A program made the translations under genes and the position numbers. Below, one piece after another: positions 14,526 to 28,619 of a stretch of DNA of 64,000 nt. This stretch comes from Octopus sinensis. Taxonomy: Eukaryota. How positions within the stretch are numbered: position 1 is the first letter of the stretch; each line of letters begins with the position of its first letter. Under the pieces are notes generated by a model. That model had not been told where the DNA came from and searched no databases. It saw nothing but the letters and a program-made list of their open reading frames with translations. The stretch covers positions 61,194,001-61,258,000 of the forward strand of contig NC_043006.1 of assembly GCF_006345805.1 (NCBI RefSeq), in the 5' to 3' direction.

Positions 14526-14794
14526 CCCGAAAGGGTATCATTCTGTATTCTGTGAATGCAATCTGCTATCGGTGCAGAGTACAACTCTGTCTGAGCAATA
14601 ATCCCGTGGACCCTATGTAGTTTTGGTGGCAGCCCAAGCATCTAATGGCATAAATCATTTTCTGAAGCACACGTAAAGTCACATTTGATTTTGAATTTTT
14701 GTTCCTCTTTGTAAAGTAATTCTAATCCTTCCATGATGAGTGTATGAATAACAATAAGATGTTTTAGTTTGACGCTCGGTAAAGTGAGAAAATG

Positions 14795-14832
14795 TTTTTA
14801 ATGTTTGAAGCCTACGCTCTTCAACAGAAAGG
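14795..14832 (-). ncRNA. Degenerate hammerhead-like motif
   Basis: Minus strand CTTT-CTGTTGA-A-GAGC GTAG GCTTC-AAA-CA-TT-AAAA; same layout as the motif at 28263 but the core is mutated. Confidence 0.35.
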
Positions 14833-15312
14833 AATAAGAGAAAATAAGCAGAGAGAATAAAGAAACTTGTTGATTTAGCGATCAAGTATACATACACATA
14901 TATGTTAAATATGTATATATAGGCTGAAGTACAATCGACACTAAAGTGACTAAGGATGCAAGTCAGCACCAGCATTGCGAGAAATAAGTGTCAAAACAAA
15001 TTTTAGCCATGAGCAATGCATTTGACTGACGAGGAAGAAATCTCCCTACTGCAAGCGAGAGTGTCAGATCATCGAAAATATCGGATTGAGTTGATCCTCA
15101 TTACTTATACTTACTCCGTTTCCTAGGGTTAAGGTAAACTGGCCTTGTCAGTTTATAGGAAATACAATACGAATCAGTGGCTGATTCAGTAAAATGGTAA
15201 GGTGAAAATTATAAATTATTAAGGTGGCCAGACGCACTTTAAAACGAAAAGTGCAATCGTCACGAAAGTGACTAAGGCTGCAAATCAGCACCATCATTTC
15301 TAGAAATAAGAG

Positions 15313-15371
<59 letters not shown>

Positions 15372-15385
15372 AAGTTATGATTACT

Positions 15386-15458
<73 letters not shown>

Positions 15459-15471
15459 TAGATAGATAGAT

Positions 15472-15518
<47 letters not shown>

Positions 15519-15754
15519 TATAATTACAATTGAGGGTACTGGAAAACAGCATCTACATGCTAGAAATAAACGCCAAAATCTTCAACGAACTACTGCAAAA
15601 TACACTCCATTAGTACAAGGATGGAAGCGGGCTAATGAACAAAATAGATATTTGCATATATACTAATTTGCCTCGTATATAAGTGTAGATATATGTATAT
15701 ATTTGCATACATACAAACGTATTAGTATGGGAATGTATCTATCTATCTATCTAC

Positions 15755-15850
<96 letters not shown>

Positions 15851-16218
15851 ATATATATATATATTTATGTACTTCTGGTATATTCTAGTAATGTCGGTAG
15901 AGTAATTTGTATTACTAAACCAGAAATCGGATGATCTAGAATTAAACTTAAAATTTTACTAAATTCATTTTGCTCAGTTACCCGCTTTCAGCCTTCTGTT
16001 AATGCAGCGTAATTTGAAGTAGTCCTTTAGAGTCTTTTCGTGCCTGCTTCTAGCGTGTAGGTGCCGCCTGTCAGTACCCTAAATTGTAATTATATCTATA
16101 TAATAATATATTTATATAAATGTTTACGTATAACAATTTTTACATGCTAGCCACTAACAAGATCATTAATTCATTTTAATTATATATGTATACACACACA
16201 CACATAAATATATAAATA

Positions 16219-16294
<76 letters not shown>

Positions 16295-16446
16295 AAGAAA
16301 ATTATAATAATAGTGCAATACAGAAGTATTGCTTTCCAGTAAAACAAAGCACAATCTGGTTAAAGTAAGATAATGGTACACCAATGCATCAATATTTACT
16401 AGAGATACAAGTCGATAATATACGACGTTATAGTAAGGTTTCACTG

Positions 16447-16484
<38 letters not shown>

Positions 16485-16933
16485 ATATATATACATATAC
16501 TTTTACTGGAAGGCAATACTTTGTATTGCATTACTGATATTTTGAAACTTCTTCACCGTTTCTCGTACTGTTAGCGTTCCGTATTTCAGTCGAGTGTGTT
16601 AGTATTAATGTGGTAACATCGTAGATTTCGTCTTGGTATATGTTTGGCTGAAGAAGGTAGAGCAAAATATGGGTGAGAGACATATCTTGCAAAACCTGAA
16701 ACCTGCAGGTACCACATTATCCATTTTCCGGGTGTTTCATCTTTCAGATGTTCTCCCTGGAGGTAAGACGGTTTTTTTTCTCTATTTTGTTGCACACACG
16801 CATTTTTGCTAATACATACGCGGTGAAGCTACACATTAGCGTCGTAATTTTACGTTCGATATTTCCAGTAAATATCGGTACTTAGTTGTGCCATTTATTT
16901 ACTAATTATATATATATATTATATATATATATA

Positions 16934-16976
<43 letters not shown>

Positions 16977-17284
16977 ATATATATACATATATATATAAAT
17001 ATATATATATTTATATATATGTATATATATATATATGCATATGTGTGTGTGTGTGTGAGTGTGTGTGTGTATATGTGTGTGTATACTGGCAAAGATGATT
17101 GCGGGCAGCGACCATAAAAAATTTCATATTACTTATAGGAAGAACATTAAATATATGTATATACCAGATGTGGATAATCTACGACCTAGATTTTGAACTT
17201 TACAAATTATGATATTGTACCAATACTGACAAATGAATATACGCACATATATACGTACAAACAAACAAACACGCATATATAAAC

Positions 17285-17334
<50 letters not shown>

Positions 17335-17464
17335 TATATATATATAAACAGTACTCGAATACTGGAAGTAGAAAAATGTTCTTATTATTAAAGCTGCAAG
17401 CACATCACAAAAACATCATTTTGTGTTATTTTTGTGATGTTTTTGCCTCTATAAGCATATATAT

Positions 17465-17868
17465 ATTGTGTCATCCCATAAATATTCCGGTTTACCATTT
17501 GCATCAACTAAAAGTTGGGGTAAGATGGCATAAATTACCTGCACCAACTTGTTTTAAAAGCAGGTAGTAATTTTACGTTTTCCCTATTCCTAGTGAAAAT
17601 TTTGAAGAGTGCAGTTCGATTTTATTGGTTATATTTTCAAAGCTATAATGGAAGTGGCAAAGGACCATATTCGGCATATTTTGCTTTATGAGTTCAATAA
17701 AGGCTACAACGTAACAGAAAGTGCAGGAATATTAATGCAGTGTATGGAGACAATAAACGTAAGCGAGTGTCAACGGTGATTCCGGAAATTCAGAGCCGGA
17801 AGCTACAACCTAGAAGACGAGCCTCATCCTGGAAAACATGTAGCGCTCGACGATGACATCCTGCGAAC
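17465..17868 (+). mobile_element. Mariner transposon 5' fragment
   Basis: From 17648: MEVAKDHIRHILLYEFNKG.. then ..QR*FRKFRAGSYNLEDEPHPGK.., the mariner transposase HTH region, truncated. Confidence 0.85.
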
Positions 17869-17939
17869 TCATATGAATGAGTGTGTGTGTGTGAGAGAGA
17901 AAGAGAGAGAGAGAGAGAGTATGTATTTGTGTGTTGCTG

Positions 17940-18092
17940 TGTTTGCATCCTCATAGCTTAGCAGTTCCGCAAAAGAGAGCGATAGAATAAGCACTAGGTT
18001 TACAGAAATAAGTCCTGGGGTCGATTTGTTCGACTTCAGGCGGTGCTCCAACATGGCCGCCGTCATATGACTGAAACAAATAAACGAATAAA
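17940..18092 (+). mobile_element. SINE fragment (abundant family)
   Basis: TTAGCAGTTCCGCAAAAGAGAGCGATAGAATAAGCACTAGG..GTCGATTTGTTCGACT..GGTGCTCCAACATGGCC..GACTGAAACAA; homologues at about 20980-21260, 25520-25930, 32555-33150 and 33590-33730. Confidence 0.75.
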
Positions 18093-19376
18093 GGAGTATA
18101 AGAATATATATAAATAAGTATAAATAAGCATAAGATCTTGACGCATTGTAGTGCAGGAGTAAAAAAAAGGAGAAGGAAATGAGGAAAGCTTCCAATAATT
18201 AAAAAAAGTTTATGAAACGCGCGGAGACTCATATTCAGAAGGAAGCAGTGTAAAAATTATTTAGTTACATTGATTTCATTATATAATTTTAACTGCTCGG
18301 TGTTTAGCTCAACAGCAGTAGCAACACCTCTCCGACTGCTGGTGCAAGCAACTTTTTAAACTGCTGCTAACCCAAATGCAGAGAGGCTTAAAATGAAATT
18401 TAAAATTCGAGGTATCTAGACATTTTTTAGACGGTTTCCTTCCGAGAATGGGCTTTGCGCCTGAAATATAAAGGATTTTGTGCATGCCTGTAGATGTGTG
18501 AATATTCATTTATCATCGTCTGTATTATATGCAGTAACAGCAATTCTTAACTGCATATTAATCTATTTCGTTAATTATACTATTGTGTTTTACTGTAATC
18601 GTGGGCGCTAGTGAATAAGCCTATACTTTAAAATGTTGAATCATTCTAAGTACAGGCGTTCTTATATGTGTTTCAATATTATTGTTTCCCACATATCAAT
18701 ACATAAAACAGAAAGGACGAAATTTCTATTGTCAATTTCGTAGGCAAATAAAAGGAAGTTAGAAAATATTAGCTTATATAAAAACGGATGTCTTAAAGAT
18801 TAAATAAAGAAGAGAGTAATTTCAATGTAACGCATGACATTTTTGTAAAACGTGTGTTAAATAAAGAACCACAGACTACTTTGAACAATAGCATTCGGGA
18901 AGTGACATGGAAGGCTATTGTGCGCAACAGACTTGAAATTCAATACTGCACTTTATCTCACGTTGCAAATTGAAAAATAAAGGAAGTATAAAATTTGTGG
19001 AGTCGAACATAAAAAACAAGCAGTCGAGTATAAAAAACATGAAATACTACTAAAATGTTTTAAGTCTTAATATTTATATCAAAAAGATAAATTCACAGCA
19101 TAAATGTCTGTTGTCTTTGTCGAAATTTCAAACAGTCTATGGTCTTGTTGTCTATATCGAAACGCTCAGATAGTTTTCAAGACTGAATGGTAGACAAAAA
19201 ATATTTAATTATACACAAAGATTGTTAACTAACTAAAAGTATTTTTAAGGAAACATACCTAGTACAAATCTATAGTCAACTCCTTATATTCATTACAAAA
19301 GATATACTTCCATGCACTCATTGACTAATGATTGTATGAATATTATGTACCAAAATAATTTAGTACATAAACGACA

Positions 19377-19640
19377 CTAGCAGAAATACCACGCTCCGAG
19401 CGGTTTGGTGAAAGCCACTCGATAATATTTCCATATTTGATTCCCAATTCTAACAATTTTTTAATGTTTTACGTCTAATTATTTCTTTGTATACTAATGC
19501 TCACTTGCTTAGTAAATATTGGTTTCATTATTTTATGAGTCATATTCTCTCTTTTTTAAAGAATCAATCTCTTATTTATATTTATCATTAATAATTGGTA
19601 GAACTTACTTAGGTGTGCATAGATAGATAGATAGATAGAC

Positions 19641-19718
<78 letters not shown>

Positions 19719-20875
19719 GTAGGTAGGCAGGTAGGTAGATGGAGGGAGGGATATACACCCACTTACACAAAAAGTCTGGTGATGTGAGAAAACATGAGAA
19801 TGACTTTTTCAAATATACCCAAATTTAAAATGATCTAATATAACGATATCATTCATTCAGCATGTGTTGAAATATGCCAAAACAGTTTAATTCCACTCAA
19901 ATATATGTTACTTTACATATAGTTTATGTGTTAATTCCTTTTACTGAAACTTGCTACAATCATATTTTGCTTTAAAGTAGTATCTTCTTGTAGACAAAAT
20001 TGTCAGCAATCATACGGTTTCCATTTCTCTCAGCCAATATTTTTACATTAGCCTAGATAATGCAACATACAGCTGGCCATGTCAGAAGAATTATGTCGGA
20101 AGATATATTCTAATTTGTTTAAAAGTCTGCCCCTATGCCTTGTTGCACATCAAAGCAAAAGCTGGCTTGACAGGAAATTGTTTGCGTGTAAACGGAAATT
20201 CTATTTCTTGAGATGCACGTGGTATTCTTGAGATTAACAGAGTTGATCCTAGATAAGGACCGGAAGCAATCCCAGTCTTAATAACATGATCATGTAAACT
20301 GACAATGATATAGCGTGTGCCATTACAATGCCCATTAGTAGCGTCTACATTTCTCAGAAGCCTTATGCATCCCTTTTTATTCAGTTTGCGAATTTGTGAT
20401 GGAAACACTGATGATGTAAGTTTCTTGATGAATTAGAATGAGTACAGCGTTTCATTATCAACTGTATCTGAGCTTCTGTATATTCTTAGCTCACTAGGCA
20501 TCCTGGCCAACAGAAGATCATTCACAAACTGTGCTGTTTCATTTGTTGGTGTAAGGATGGTTCTATTTGCAAGTCACACAGGATTTGTGAAGTTATTTTT
20601 GAGGTCAGCATATGCAAAATCACATAGATATGAAAGTGTGCCTCTTTTAATGCAAGGGTCATTGGGTGGTCTGATTTTGAATTTACCTAGGCTTTGTTCA
20701 ACAGAAATGTTACCATTTCCTACATGAAGAAGGTAAGTAGCAAACTCTCTTTATCAAAATGACCTTCTGTAAGAAGTCTTCGTTTGGTTGCCAACTCCAC
20801 TACTTCCACATGACCGCAAAGAAAAGATCTCTTTAGTGTTGCATCAACAATTTGTGATCTGATGCCATTATTTTG
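19377..20875 (-). mobile_element. Helitron remnant with PIF1-like helicase C-terminal pseudogene and 3' end
   Basis: Minus-strand LLRN..NGHCNGTR..RIP..FTRKQFPVKPAFALMCNKA*GQT..HGQLYVALS (helicase motifs V/VI); 3' hairpin CGCTCGGAGCG then CTAG at 19377-19380. Confidence 0.9.
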
Positions 20876-21259
20876 AAGTAGAATATATTCTCCTATCGAG
20901 ATACCCTATCCAGTCGGTCATGTGTATCAGAAATAGAATCTTATCTGAATCTCTGCATATTCAAGCATCTGTTTAAGTCTAAGGGATGATTTCTTCGACT
21001 AAAAAGGCAGTGCTCCAGCATGGCCAAGTCAACATGACTGAAACAAGTAAAAGAATGAAAGGATATATATATATGTATATGTTTGCGTGTCTGTGTTTGA
21101 CCCCCCGCCCTCGATTGACAACCGGCGTTGGTGTGATTAGGTCTCCGTAACATAGCAGTTCCACAAAAGAACCGAAATATTAAGTACTATGGTTAGAAAC
21201 AATAAATTCTGGACTCGATTTATTTCAGTCAAAAGACTGAAACAAGTAACAGAATGAAA

Positions 21260-22740
21260 TCGTCTAACTTTGGTATGCCGAACATTTCACATCCAGGTGT
21301 TCTCTGAGGTATGTCACTCCGTCTGTTTTAGGGTTGCAAGGGAGATCATCAAGAAGAACGGTGCGAAAGACGTTGCTCTATTCACTTTTCAACACTAAGT
21401 TTATATATCTATTCCTGCTGGTGTTGTGTAGCAGGGCTTTCTCAGAGACAGACTATGCCGCATTGAGAAGGTGTATGCATTGATCACATAACTCAAACTT
21501 CTTCATGTATTCTTAGATAGATCCTGTCGATATTACTGTGTCTATGGAAGTTTCTAGTTGATGTCAGAATCGTATGGGTTTTAATTTCTGTGGAGTGGAT
21601 TTCACTTTAAGACTAGTCAAGTAACCCACATATTATAATCAGCACTGGTACTAAAAATGCATTATGGAATATTGTCTTGTTGTGAGTTCCGACTGCCATA
21701 TTGTGTTAGTCTGGTGTAATATTGCCGGACTTTCCTATCTCTATTCACAGCACATTCGCATGATAACTTTTCATCAATGATCAGGTATTTGTAGCATTCT
21801 CTGTGTGGAGCAAGACAAATAATGAATGTCGAGGCACAGTTTTGGATCTGGTGGATTGATTTCCAATTTTGACGAACAAATATGAACATTTCTAATGGCC
21901 AACTTCCATTCTTGTCTCAGCTGAAAGTGTTGTTATTATCTTGTTTTTCATTGTTAACAATTTTAGCATAAATCTTCAGGCCATCCACAAATAATGTTTG
22001 GGATACATTAACATCTCAAGTAGATTGTAAATCCTTGCATGCAGCCATTTAAATTTTGCTGCAGGAATGATAAGCTGAAAGTGTAAAAATTGTTGCCAGT
22101 TCTACAGCAACTAATATATGTGCTTTTGACATATGTAGACACTTCAGCTACGAGTGGAATGATTTTCGACGGTGTTTTGTTTTTTCAGATAGTACTACGT
22201 TCTTCATCGAAAGCTGCTCGACACAACTGCACATTCTCTTCTTTCTAACTACCTTGATCATCAGTTGTCCCGAATGAATAGTGTGAGACAGCTTGTGTAC
22301 TAATACCAAACTATTAGGTGTCTTCAAGGTGCCTTTCCATAATACAGTTTACCAACAGCCAACGGTGAAAGATTCTGGGTTAATCGGGCTTATTTTACTG
22401 CCGATGGTTGTACGCTTTTTCTTTTTATTCCCGAATTTTTAATAGAATAATTCAATGTCTCCCTGGGAGGAAATAATTTATGTTTCCTTCAGGTTTTGTT
22501 TTCCATACATGCTGCTTCGTTTAGTTACTTTATTTCCGTGTGCATTGTTGATTTCTCCTAGGTGTTCTTTAAGAATGATAGCCGTTGCATGTTTGAGAGA
22601 ATTAATGTTCTAGTAGTTAGCACCATACGATAACTTTAAATATTTTAGCAGTTTAATTTCCTCTTAAATAACTTGTTCAGTGATAGTTTCCAAATTGGAG
22701 AAATTTTTTTTTACACACTGAGGTCATCTATGTTGACTCA
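21260..22740 (-). mobile_element. Degraded CR1-like LINE remnant
   Basis: Decayed minus-strand RT-like motifs (..IICGWPEDL.. near the YADD position) and C-terminal similarity to the CR1 fragment at 23440. Confidence 0.4.
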
Positions 22741-23173
22741 ATAGGATTTGGAGATACATGATCAGTGCCGGATTTTAGTAAAAAATGAAGCCCTGTGCTA
22801 CTTAAGTTACGAGGACCCTTACGTGGTTATAAAGGCATGCATGGTCGGGAAATTAATCCTACTTTTGGTGTGGGGTAGGAAGATAGATGTGCTTAAGAAT
22901 AGCGACCCGTTGATCGAGGGCCTAAAAACAATGGTAAATCAAGCATTTAGTGATAGCGTCAAAGCTATATTTACATTATTTCTGATATCTCTTGTGGCAA
23001 ATTTTTCGATAGTTCTCAGTAATTTGAGACAATCAATTAGCATCACGAAATCTAGCATTTTTTTTTTGCAAAGTATGATGCTTGTTGCATGAAATATTAT
23101 TTGTCCACTTTACACTGAATTTTTTGTAGTTCTTCTGAATGTAGGCGAGAGAAGAGAACCCTAAACATCCGGT

Positions 23174-23252
23174 GTTAGGGTTAGGCGTTAGGGGTTAAGG
23201 GTTAGGGGTTAGGGGCTAGGGCTTAAGGTTAGGGTTTACGGTTAGGGTTTGG
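23174..23252 (+). repeat. Short degenerate interstitial TTAGGG-like array
   Basis: GTTAGGGTTAGGCGTTAGGGGTTAAGGGTTAGGGG..GGTTAGGGTTTGGG. Confidence 0.8.
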
Positions 23253-23439
23253 GATGTGTTACACCGAAAACGACTGGTGTACTTATTCTTTACCAGCGCC
23301 AAAATTAATACCATAGAAATACGTAGAGGGCCGCACAACAACGTGTCGATGGCTGCAGCTTCTCCGTGCATCTGGTACCTTTTAGTACGCATATTTATTG
23401 ACTCTCAGTTGTGTTCCAAAAGTATCATGTAGGAACTTT

Positions 23440-23920
23440 CCAAGTGCACGTTACCAAGATGGCGACAAAGCGCAGGTGGATGGCTGGATTCTGAGAACCT
23501 TCAGAACTAGAGAGAAGGAAACCACAATAGTCCTCTGGAAGACATTCATCTTCAGCAGCCTGGATTACTACTCCCAAGTATGGTCACCCCACTGTGTATA
23601 ATTAACTGCTGAACCTGAAGCAATCTGCCGAAACTACACATCGAAGATCGTCTCATTGCAATAGCTCAGCTACAGGAAAAGGCTTAAAGAACAATGTTTC
23701 TCCTCCCTGGAGCGAAGGCAGGGCACATATGCAGCAATATACATCTGGAAGGTCCTGGAAGGGATTGTGCCAGATTTTAGTACTGAAAGCCACACAAATG
23801 CCAGAACGAGTCGCCACTGCGCAGTGCCAAAGATCCCAACGTCACGCTTCAGGACCAATTACTTCAACGTCCTGGGTTTCAAAGGCCCACAGATTTTTAA
23901 TATTCTCCTGAACGGCTTAG
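23440..23920 (+). mobile_element. CR1-type LINE ORF2 C-terminal fragment
   Basis: GWILRTFRTREKETTIVLWKTFIFSSLDYYSQVWSPH..LSYRKRLKE..SLERR..IYIWKVLEGIVP. Confidence 0.85.
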
Positions 23921-23925
23921 GGACC

Positions 23926-25500
23926 TACACAATAACCACTTCATGTTTGACAATACATTTTACCGTCAAAAATCCGGAATTGCTATGGGTACAAGGGCAG
24001 CACCAGTCATTGCGAACTTAACAATGGGATACATGGAAATAATCATTTACCAGGAATCTCTATCAATCTTTGGAAACTCCCTCTCTCAATACATAAAAGA
24101 GAATTGGAAACGATTCCTAGACGATTGTTTCATTCTCTGGAATGAAAACATAGATAAACTCCTAAAATTAAAAACCTATTGAACAGCATAAACCCAAATA
24201 TGCAGTTCACAATGGAATACAACCAAAAGGAGCTCCCGTTCTTGGATATACTAATTAAAAAATTAACCTTAAAATAGAAACAGACATTTTTTACAAAGCC
24301 ACAGACGCCAAACAATACCTTCTTTTTATTCATGCCACCCAAGACACACTAAAACAACATCCCCTTCAACTTGCAAGAAGGATATGCACAATAGTGTCAG
24401 AACAAAATACCAGGAACTTTAGACTGCAAGAACTCAAAAACACCCTAATTGACAGACATTACCCAGCTCAACTCATAGAGGATGGGATCAGACGTGCAAC
24501 AGAAATCAACATAGAAACTTTAAGAAAAGTTCAACACAACAACACACCTTCCCCGAAAATACTACCTTACATAAATACAACCCCAGAAACAAAGAAGCCT
24601 TCACCATCATCACCCAGAATTTACCAATACTTCATAAAAACCCAAAATTAAAGGAAATTCTAAACATACACCAAATCATTAAAAGCTACAAACAGCCTAA
24701 ATCACTTAAAAAGATTCTCACAAAGGCAAAATTGTCTTCTAAAATTACGGATGCAAAGTAAAAAAATGTGGTAGATCGAACTGTGCAACATGTCCTAACC
24801 TATTGAAGGATCAGAATTCTTCTTTAAAGAGGGACAGAAATTTAAGATCAAATCTAACTTTACTTGTGCCTCTGAAAACATAATTTATGTTATTAATGCT
24901 CGGGCTGCCACCAAGACTACGTGGGTTCCACGGGACTATCACTCAGGCGCAGATGCACACTGTATCGACAACAGATTGCATTCCCAGAATATAGAATGAT
25001 ACCTTTTAGTGAGCACATTGAGAAATGCGCAAAGCAACTACTGCCACAATTTTTAATCTTCCCATTTTACCAATGTGCTTTGGATCATCAACACAAATGA
25101 GACTGAACAAGGAAACATTCTTCATTGAAAAGTACAACCATCCGAACATACTGACACAGAGAAATTAACAAGGAAAAGGGAAAAAAAATTTTAAGCGATT
25201 ATCTCCCCTACACCGGAAAAAATCACTCACTACCTCCCCTTATTAGAAATCTCCTGGAAATAAAAAAAACGATAATTCCATGCAATATAAACATAACGTC
25301 ACAAGAAATTTGAAAAGCTACACGCGAAACCGGTAGTTTCTTTAAAATTTTAAAATTATGTCATTTTAAGGAAGGGGAAAAAAAATTTTTCCAATATTCT
25401 CCAGACATCTTGACACAAATATATATATTTTTTAACATTTAAGCCTTCTGTCGTTTTTTCACACTTTACTATTTTCTTATATATTCACCCACGTGCTTTA
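23926..25500 (+). mobile_element. 5'-truncated Penelope-like retroelement (Neptune-like), RT plus GIY-YIG pseudogene
   Basis: FYRQKSGIAMGTRAAPVIANL, WKRFLDDCF, LPFLDILI, CGRSNCATC linker, ENIIYVI..CHQDYVGSTG (GIY-YIG); frameshifted; HHR in the 3' tail. Confidence 0.92.
25303..25342 (+). ncRNA. Minimal type I hammerhead ribozyme with UUGAAAA core
   Basis: AAGAAAT / TTGAAAA / GC-TACAC-GC / GAAA / CCGG / TA / GTTTCTT; 7-bp stem I, palindromic stem III, GUA site. Confidence 0.7.
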
Positions 25501-25513
25501 CCAAACAAACTTT

Positions 25514-25548
<35 letters not shown>

Positions 25549-25959
25549 ATATATATATAGATATATAACGACGGCTCTCTTCAGTTTCTGTCTATTAAAT
25601 CCTGTAAGATGTTACGTGGACGTAAACACACCAACATCGGTTATCAAGCGATGGTGGAGTCGGTCTTTAGTCGAAGAAATCATACATATATATTCATACA
25701 TATATATGCATGTATATATGTATGTATTTATTTGTGTGTCAGTGATTCTCCACCCACCATCGTTTGACAATCAATGTTGGTGCATTTACGTCACCGTAAC
25801 TTAACGGTTAGACAATAGAAACCGGTAGAATAACCATTTGTTTTTAAAGAATAAGTCCTAGAATCAATTTGTTCGACTAAATGCACAGTGCGCCAGCAAG
25901 GCTGCAGTCAAATGGTAAACGATTAAAAGAATGTTTTATATATATATATGGGTAATATA

Positions 25960-26028
<69 letters not shown>

Positions 26029-26704
26029 TAATATATTGCAATACAAAAGTATTGCTATCCAGTAAAACAAAGCAATATAAGTTTAAACTTTTTCTCTGTC
26101 CTCGTTCTTTTAACGTCTTAAGCGTTCAGGCGAGTTTACTGGGTCTGATGTAGCAACCTTCAATCTAGTTAAGAAAAACAATTAATCAAATTTACGTTAA
26201 CAAACGTATTTGGGATATTTAGAAACCTAGGTCCTATATTTTTCACATCTGGGTTCTACATTTATCTAATCTTCTTCCAACTGGCAAGATGAAATTCTGT
26301 ATATTCGCCGCCCGGAAATATCATTGCCAGTATATACACACTGAAGATTTTCTATAGTCTTTTACATTATCGATTGCTATTTCCAGTAAATATTGGTGCA
26401 CTGTTGCACCACTAATCTACACACAGACACACAGACACAGACACCACACACACACACACACATACACACACACGCACACACACACACATCTATATATATT
26501 GGAAACTGTGTGAGACCCTTGGTTCAGTTAAGTATGTATGAAAAAAGAAAAAGAATAACTTCAGAGGTAGTTCTAATCAGTTTAATTAATTATTTTAAAA
26601 TATTTTATTATATAAATTTAACACTTTAGGTAGTAGATTTAGAGGCGAGAGGAGTGGCTACGAACTAACATGTAGAATTTATATCATAAAATATTATATA
26701 TATA

Positions 26705-27605
26705 TATATAAATTAATAAATAAAACATATGTATATATACATACATATATGTACGTACCTAACTCCACTTGTATATATACACGCATATATGGGTACAGGA
26801 GACCAAAAAACGTCCAACACAATGAGAAACGAAAACATAAACACAAAACCAAGGAACTGGACATTTTTCTTAAACAACAAAAAATAGAGTACAGGACAAA
26901 TAACACAAGGAAAATTCCCCTTCTTCAGTCGCCATGGTTTCATCTACTCTGCGTTTCGAAGGTGAAGGCGATACGCATCTTCGATAGACACTTTCCTTCC
27001 AGCGAAAAGCAAATTAAATAAAATTTGAGATTTTTGCGGAGGGGTAAAAATGGTAACAAAAACAGGACAGTAACGACAGTACAAAATATTAGCTGTAAAA
27101 GACAGGACAAGGAGAATAACAAGACAAGAAGGGCTGTTAAGCCGAAAGAGAAAAAGTATTACGAACGCTATTTTTGAGAACGGCAAAGGAGCAACAGAAA
27201 ATGCCGTCCACACTTCAAAGAAGTCAGGCCAGAAAGACAGTAGCAGAGCTCTCATCGCGGGTCAATGACGGTGGGGGGGGGAGAGCAAGAGAAAACGAGA
27301 GAAAAAAGGGAATTGTTGTGAGGAAACCAGAAAGAATGAAGAATGAGAGAGACGGAGAGACAGTAAGGTAGAAGAAAAGGAAACCAGAAAGAATGAAGGC
27401 TGAAAAAGTGAGGGGGACAGAAAGGTCAAGAGTGCGCATCATTATTAATATCAAGAACAATCTTACTTTGAAATGGATGCATTCGCTCCGTCATATAATA
27501 AATTAATAAATAAAACATGCATATATACATACATATATGTACGTACTAACCTCTACATGTATATATACTCGCATATATGGGTACGTAGCACCAAAAAAAT
27601 CGTCG
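26705..27605 (-). mobile_element. Non-autonomous element bounded by diverged direct repeats (pLTR-like)
   Basis: About 105-bp direct repeats at 26708-26815 and 27498-27605 (ATAAATTAATAAATAAAACAT..ATATATGGGTAC); a related copy lies at about 53010-53170. Confidence 0.55.
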
Positions 27606-27800
27606 AATATATAGGTAGAAAGATAGATCGATAGATAGATAGATAGATAGATTGATAGATATATGTATGTCTATATGTATATATATGTAAATAAATATCT
27701 ATATATTAATAATAGTAGGAAATATGATTCCAAAATTTATAGGGAAAAATCAATTTAACAATTTTAAATCAAATTTCACAATATAAAATATACATATAAA

Positions 27801-28169
<369 letters not shown>

Positions 28170-28262
28170 ATCCAAACAAGAAAGCACAAAAAACACAACA
28201 ACTCGAGGACGTGGAACAAATATAGTATTATTGGACGCTCAGGAAAGAAGGAAAGAAGGAGG

Positions 28263-28297
28263 GTTTAACGTTTCGAGCGGAGCTCTTCGTCGGGAAC
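28263..28297 (-). ncRNA. Degenerate minimal hammerhead ribozyme
   Basis: Minus strand GTTC-CCGACGA-A-GAGC TCC GCTC-GAAA-CG-TT-AAAC; core U4 is changed to C. Confidence 0.5.
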
Positions 28298-28398
28298 ATA
28301 GGAGAAGGAAAGATCCAGTGAAGGGAAGACAGAGGAAAAAAAATCGCCAACGGTACACACGAGGTCATATTTTGAAAGACCGGCATAATAATGTATAT

Positions 28399-28453
<55 letters not shown>

Positions 28454-28619
28454 ATATGTATATATATATGTATATATAATATATATCTGTATATATAATT
28501 ATATATATACATATATATATTTATGCATGTATGTATATACATATATATATATGCATATATATAGGCATACATATGTATATACATATATATATTTGTATGT
28601 ATGTATATGCATATGTAAC

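Noticed and set aside
15022-15050. CTGACGA-GGA..TCC hammerhead half
   Set aside because: No GAAA, stem III or cleavage triplet follows stem II
20133-20408. Host PIF1 helicase gene
   Set aside because: Intronless, broken by stops and followed by a Helitron hairpin plus CTAG end, so it is transposon-derived
23174-23252. Telomere or chromosome fusion site
   Set aside because: Short, degenerate, single orientation and embedded among transposon remnants
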